A stretch of 64,000 nt of DNA, taken from NCBI GenBank assembly GCA_905234915.1, contig CAJOJP010000001.1, forward strand, positions 1,271 to 65,270, given 5' to 3'. Source of the stretch: Candidatus Gastranaerophilales bacterium (GTDB lineage: Bacteria; Cyanobacteriota; Vampirovibrionia; Gastranaerophilales; Gastranaerophilaceae). Both the position numbers and the translations under genes were made by a program. The notes beneath the pieces are model-generated. The model made no database searches. It saw only the letters and a program-made list of their open reading frames with translations, and was not told the DNA's origin. The first letter of the stretch is position 1, and the number at the start of each line of letters is the position of its first letter. Positions 59,393-64,000 of the stretch are shown piece by piece.

Positions 59393-60820
59393 CTATGCTG
59401 CTGTTGAAGAATATTTTGTTTCATTTTTTGTTTGCTGTTTTTCTTCGGAAAGAATTTTTTGGAAATCATCAACATATTCTCTCCAGGGGATTACAACCAC
59501 ATCATCAGCATTTAATGCTTCTTTGGAAATACCGGCATGATGAATTAACGGTAAAAGTTTTTCTTCGCTTATTTTAATTACATCATCTACTCCGTCATCG
59601 GTATCATTGCATAAAAAGCTTCCTTTTCCGTCTTTATCGGTTTCGTAACCCACAATTGTAATTTCATGCCCGCCGTTAACACGTTTATCTGCATCCAGAT
59701 GTGTATAGCCTATAATTACATTCTGTCCCAATTTCAGCGACTTTAAAATATGCTGTTTTGTCTCTTCGCGTGTATTATTATTATATTCCCTGAGAATGCC
59801 GTTCTCATCCAAATTTTGATATACAACCGAATACTTTGGAGTTTCAAATATAACCTGTTCGGCAAAATTCTTTTCAAAATCAGTTAATCCTGTTTTATCC
59901 GGATTAAATTTTCCTGTTCTTTCATCGGTAATAGAATTATATGTATTTTGAGAAGCAAAATTTAAAATTGCGGATTGTATAAGTACATCAATACAAGAAC
60001 GCTCACCCGGGTCTTTATAGGAAGTTTGAACTCTTGCTCGTACTATTGCATTTCTGTCAGGCTGTAATTTTACGGTAACTTCTTTTCCGTTTTTAGACAA
60101 CTTATTTATTGTATTAAATTCTCTTAATTTCCAAATACCTTCAAGAAAATTCTCGGAAAAATCAGATACTTTAATATGTTTATCTACACTATAATTTTCA
60201 CCTGTTAAATCTGCCGCAAATCTTGCAAATTCAGCGGGTTTTCTATCTGCCAGATTAAATTCCATGCTCGCTGCTACACAAGAAGAAGAAACAACATTTT
60301 TAGCAAATTCCGGTACTTTTTCTCCTGTTTCTTTTGTTATTTCATCAGCTACACTATCCGGTATATCACCGAATTTTTGCGTAATTGCGTAAGGGTTATC
60401 AAGAGCTTTAATTACTTCAGTTAAAATAATTTTTTCGTTTAAACCTTGAATACGAGGTTTAGATACTATTTTATACAGATTTTGCAGTACGGTTGAATTA
60501 TCATTGGAATCATGATTTTCCAGAATACCTTTTTTTTGTAAACTTTCCAGCTGCTTAACCGTCTTTTTATCAAGTTTTGATTTTATAATATCAAATTGGA
60601 GTTTTGAATCAGCAACAGGTTGAACTTCCTGTCTGCCTAAATTCCAAAATGCCGTAAAAGAAGGATGATATGCCTTCAAATTTTCGGCATTCACACTTTT
60701 TAAATGTTCACTATCCGGCATACTAACCGGCTGATTTGATATATTACTTTCAGCTAACCTGTTATCTGCCGAAATGTAATAATTATTATTTATATTACTT
60801 ACTTTTGAAATATTTTGCAT
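59393..60820 (-). CDS. hypothetical protein with a papain-like (C39-like) cysteine peptidase signature
   Basis: Candidate nucleophile SSSCVAASMEF and candidate His/Asp block GGHEITIVGYETDKDGKGSFLCNDTDDG. The N-terminus is Asn/Ser-rich with no signal peptide and contains HPSFTAF. Confidence 0.4.
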   Translation of the reverse strand: MQNISKVSNINNNYYISADNRLAESNISNQPVSMPDSEHLKSVNAENLKAYHPSFTAFWNLGRQEVQPVADSKLQFDIIKSKLDKKTVKQLESLQKKGILENHDSNDNSTVLQNLYKIVSKPRIQGLNEKIILTEVIKALDNPYAITQKFGDIPDSVADEITKETGEKVPEFAKNVVSSSCVAASMEFNLADRKPAEFARFAADLTGENYSVDKHIKVSDFSENFLEGIWKLREFNTINKLSKNGKEVTVKLQPDRNAIVRARVQTSYKDPGERSCIDVLIQSAILNFASQNTYNSITDERTGKFNPDKTGLTDFEKNFAEQVIFETPKYSVVYQNLDENGILREYNNNTREETKQHILKSLKLGQNVIIGYTHLDADKRVNGGHEITIVGYETDKDGKGSFLCNDTDDGVDDVIKISEEKLLPLIHHAGISKEALNADDVVVIPWREYVDDFQKILSEEKQQTKNETKYSSTAA

Positions 60821-60907
60821 AATAATACTTATTTTACCTTCTATTTCTATAAAAAAAAATACCGATAAAAATTGCTATAATTATGTAAAAATTGTAACTT
60901 TTTTTTA

Positions 60908-61987
60908 TTATTTATTTTTTTCTATACTATTTGGGTCAAGTATATCTCTTATAGTATCGCCTATAACATTAAAGGAAAGCACGGCTGCAAAAATTAAAAA
61001 ACCGGGAGTCAAAAGCCAAGGGCGGGATACTATATTTATAAATTCCTGTGCTTCCTTGAGCATGTTTCCCCAGCTTGCCTCAGGCTGCTGAATACCTAAT
61101 CCTAAAAAGCTTAAGCCGGATTCGGACAGTATATATGAAGGAACGCTCAAGGTTATTGCTACTATTACATAACTCATTGTCTGCGGCAGTATATGATGTA
61201 TAATTGTTCTTAATTCAGAAGAACCTATTGCTTCCGAGGCTATGACAAATTCTTTTTTCTTGATTGAAAGCACCATGCCTCTTACTACTCTTGAAAATCC
61301 TGCCCAGCCTATAAGTGCAAGTATTACAACAATAAGCATAAATCTTTGTACACTGGTCATATTTGCAGGCAGAACTGAGGCTAATATAATTAAAAGATAA
61401 AAACCGGGTATAGACATTATTGCTTCGGCTATTCTCATCATAATAAAATCTGTTTTTCCGCCAATATAACCTGAAATTCCGCCATAAAGCAGACCGAGAG
61501 GAAATGATATAAGAAGTGCAAGAAAACCTATAGTCAAAGATATCTGCCCGCCGTATAAAAGTCTTGAAAAATTATCACGCCCGTTTATATCTGTTCCTAA
61601 AAGGTATAATTCCCCGCCTTTTTCCACATCGTAAAAATGCCGTTTCCCGTCTTGTCCTTTTGAAAAATATTTTACAAAATATTTTTTTGACCTGTCTTCT
61701 ATATATTTCGCATTAAAATTTTCTTTATCAAAATATCTCCGGTAATTATAAGTATAAGGCTTTGAAAGTCTGCCTTTTTCATTAATTATATAAATTTTTG
61801 ACGGCGGACAATAAGACTTATTTCTGTTTGAATATTCTTTTGAATAAGGACTTATAAAAGAAGCTAAAAATACGGTTAAATACATACAAAAAAGTAAAAT
61901 AACGGCATATCCGGCAAAAGTATCCTGCATTATTTTTTTTAAAAGATTTTCTCTGCCTGAATTTTCAAATTTTACTGATTGAACCAT
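60908..61987 (-). CDS. ABC transporter permease (OppC/DppC-like)
   Basis: N-terminal extension followed by a BPD_transp_1 core with an EAA-like loop (ASEAIGSSELRTIIHHILPQ). Confidence 0.85.
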   Translation of the reverse strand: MVQSVKFENSGRENLLKKIMQDTFAGYAVILLFCMYLTVFLASFISPYSKEYSNRNKSYCPPSKIYIINEKGRLSKPYTYNYRRYFDKENFNAKYIEDRSKKYFVKYFSKGQDGKRHFYDVEKGGELYLLGTDINGRDNFSRLLYGGQISLTIGFLALLISFPLGLLYGGISGYIGGKTDFIMMRIAEAIMSIPGFYLLIILASVLPANMTSVQRFMLIVVILALIGWAGFSRVVRGMVLSIKKKEFVIASEAIGSSELRTIIHHILPQTMSYVIVAITLSVPSYILSESGLSFLGLGIQQPEASWGNMLKEAQEFINIVSRPWLLTPGFLIFAAVLSFNVIGDTIRDILDPNSIEKNK

Positions 61988-62955
61988 TAAACAGCCTCCG
62001 TTCGAGGATCTATAAGTTTTAATAGTATATCCGCAAGCAAATTGCCTGTTACAAGCATTATTGTTCCAATCATCAAAGATGCCATAACCAGATTAATATC
62101 AGATTTCATAACTGCTTCAAGAATTAATCTGCCAAGACCCGGATATTGAAAAACATACTCTGTTAAGGCTGCCCCTGATAAAAGCGAGGCAAACTCAAAG
62201 CCTAAAAGCGTTACCATCGGGTTAACAGCATTTCTTAGTGCGTGTTTATAAATAACTTTTGTTTCGCTTAATCCTTTTGCACGCGCAAATTTAACATAAT
62301 CAGACTGCAAAACATCCAATAAATTACCCCTCATTTGTCTTTGCAGTCCTGATAAAGAAATTGTGAATAATACAATTACAGGCAGCACAAGATGATGAAG
62401 AACATCCGCAATCTTACCGAAAAATCCCATTTCGTTATGGTTATAACTTGTAAGACCGCCTGTCGGAAACCAACCTGTTTTTACGGCAAATATAAGTAAT
62501 AAAAGTGCAAAAAAGAAGGAAGGAATTGCCATTCCTATACTTGATAATATTGTTAAAATTCTATCTAAAGGTTTTCTCCAATTTAGAGCTGCTATAATTC
62601 CAAGCGGAATACCTACAGCCCAGGTAAAGAATATAACAAATCCTGTTAACAAAAGAGTATTGGGTATTCGTTCCTTCAATTTATCTGAAACCTTTTCTCC
62701 TGTTGTACAATAACCAAAATCGCCTTTTACAAAACTTTTCAGCCATTTACCGTATTGAACAATGATAGGTTTATCAAGTCCCAGTCTTTTCACCTCATAA
62801 TCCAATGTTTCTTGTGTAATGGAAGGATTGAGTCTTAACTCTGCCAAAGGATCAACCGGAGCTATTCTTATCAAAAAAAAGCTGATTATTGATACTAAAA
62901 ATAATAATGGTATCGTTTGATAAATTCTTTTAAAAATATATCCCGCTAAATTCAT
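61987..62955 (-). CDS. ABC transporter permease (OppB/DppB-like)
   Basis: MNLAGYIFKRIYQTIPLLFLVSIISFFLIRIAP N-terminus and the YVKFARAKGLSETKVIYKHALRNA EAA loop. Confidence 0.85.
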   Translation of the reverse strand: MNLAGYIFKRIYQTIPLLFLVSIISFFLIRIAPVDPLAELRLNPSITQETLDYEVKRLGLDKPIIVQYGKWLKSFVKGDFGYCTTGEKVSDKLKERIPNTLLLTGFVIFFTWAVGIPLGIIAALNWRKPLDRILTILSSIGMAIPSFFFALLLLIFAVKTGWFPTGGLTSYNHNEMGFFGKIADVLHHLVLPVIVLFTISLSGLQRQMRGNLLDVLQSDYVKFARAKGLSETKVIYKHALRNAVNPMVTLLGFEFASLLSGAALTEYVFQYPGLGRLILEAVMKSDINLVMASLMIGTIMLVTGNLLADILLKLIDPRTEAV

Positions 62956-62983
62956 ATCGTAATTTTAAAATAGACTCCCGTTT

Positions 62984-64000
62984 TTAGCAATTAGCAGAAT
63001 TGTTATTTTTATTTTTTCTAAATACACGCTTAAACTTAGATTTTATTTTTTCCTTATCAGGTTCTTGCTTTTGATATTGTTGAAGCTCTATATCTATTGT
63101 TTCATTTTTATCTTCCGGTTCAGGTAATGAATCTGCAAATTCTTTTGCTCTGGCAAATTGCATTTGCGTTGCAAGCCATTTAAACGATTTTATGAGAGTT
63201 AAAGGTTTAGAGGCATCTCCTCTTACTCCAAGCTGGAATTTTGAAGCACTATTGTCAACATAATTATTAGAAAATTTTGGTATTAAATCGGTTTCTTCTT
63301 CCGAAATTGTTTCACAAAACAAAGAAAAAGCTTTTGCCGTTACTACATTCAAACCTGCAGCATTATTAATAAGATTTACGGGATTTATGGCACTTATGGG
63401 TCCAAGCATATCCGAAATAATAGATGTTAATTTAACTCTTACTTTCATATCCGCAAAATTTCTTATTATATCAAATTTACCGAAAATATATAAATTCATT
63501 ACATTTCCTAATGAGGTTAACGGATTAATATCACAAATACCATCTTTTAATGATAAATGTCCTTTTAATAATGCGAAATGAGTTGTATCGATAGTCGCTA
63601 AAGAATCAATTATTCCGCCCAGTGCCGTTTTAAAAAATTCTGACTCTCTTATATTTTCAGCCAGTATTAAATTTTCAAGCCGACCGAAAGGTCCAAATTG
63701 CCCGTCCGTAACAACGAAATCAATATCTCCCGTAATTCCTTTAATTTGTTCTTCATTATTTTTTGCAGCACCATTTATTTGCAATTTTGCACTATATGAA
63801 GCTGTTCCGCTTAAGGAATCATATAAGCCTGCACTATCCGCAAGCATTTTGGCTGTATCTATTCCGTTTCCTTTTAAATCGGTATTGATAAGCATTGTAA
63901 CAGGATTTATAAAAATATCTCCGGAAGTTTTACCGTTAAATACATTAGTTGATAATTTTTTTACTGCTAAAATATTGTTAACTAAATATAAATTTGCTTT
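62984..64000 (-). CDS. AsmA-like outer-membrane biogenesis protein, C-terminal part (the frame stays open to the window edge, so the gene continues beyond 64000)
   Basis: The frame upstream of the track's ATG (63895) is open to position 64000 (KANLYLVNNILAVKK...). The repetitive beta-rich sequence with a basic C-terminal tail resembles AsmA-family C-termini. Confidence 0.45.
   Translation of the reverse strand, partial: KANLYLVNNILAVKKLSTNVFNGKTSGDIFINPVTMLINTDLKGNGIDTAKMLADSAGLYDSLSGTASYSAKLQINGAAKNNEEQIKGITGDIDFVVTDGQFGPFGRLENLILAENIRESEFFKTALGGIIDSLATIDTTHFALLKGHLSLKDGICDINPLTSLGNVMNLYIFGKFDIIRNFADMKVRVKLTSIISDMLGPISAINPVNLINNAAGLNVVTAKAFSLFCETISEEETDLIPKFSNNYVDNSASKFQLGVRGDASKPLTLIKSFKWLATQMQFARAKEFADSLPEPEDKNETIDIELQQYQKQEPDKEKIKSKFKRVFRKNKNNNSANC

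Overview
This is a 64-kb, visibly AT-rich bacterial chromosomal segment, densely coding on both strands with about 55 protein genes. The genetic code looks standard, because TGA, TAA and TAG all terminate conserved genes. Most of the window is housekeeping. It holds the glgC 3' end, a thioredoxin-like lipoprotein, and an RND efflux operon (adaptor, pump, TolC-like) followed tightly by a NapH-like polyferredoxin and an SGNH-like protein. It also holds a divergent phosphohexomutase, asd-dapA, queA, rplU-rpmA, era, pdxJ, galE, an MscS channel, two DAACS symporters, ilvC, typA, truB, pth, tsaC, murJ, a SpoIID-domain protein, pnuC, hup, oppB/oppC-like permeases and a partial AsmA-like gene. The TolC, ShlB/FhaC and AsmA-like genes, a VKOR-DsbA fusion, and rplU-rpmA with no intervening gene point to a diderm. 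A Melainabacteria/cyanobacteria-related or similar AT-rich lineage is only a guess. I recognised no rRNA, tRNA, CRISPR array, transposase or integrase. The accessory content is scattered single genes rather than one island. (1) The best candidate for something undescribed is a 1078-aa protein (54457-57693, minus strand). It has an apparently intact Mrr-type PD-(D/E)xK nuclease head followed by seven tandem ~112-aa modules that read like catalytically dead copies of the same fold. (2) A 240-bp imperfect palindrome sits in the largest non-coding gap, directly after era; it could be a 6S-like structured RNA or a MITE-like element. (3) Several large orphan proteins share a P-S-F-K-G type motif. 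(4) A small islet pairs an HTH gene with a Cys-rich protein. (5) One gene fuses CDF, CBS and CorC domains. (6) A small RHH gene is broken in an A7 tract and lies downstream of a perfect palindrome. (7) One orphan gene has an in-frame TAA followed by protein-like sequence. All functional calls come from motif recognition by eye, and no database search was run.
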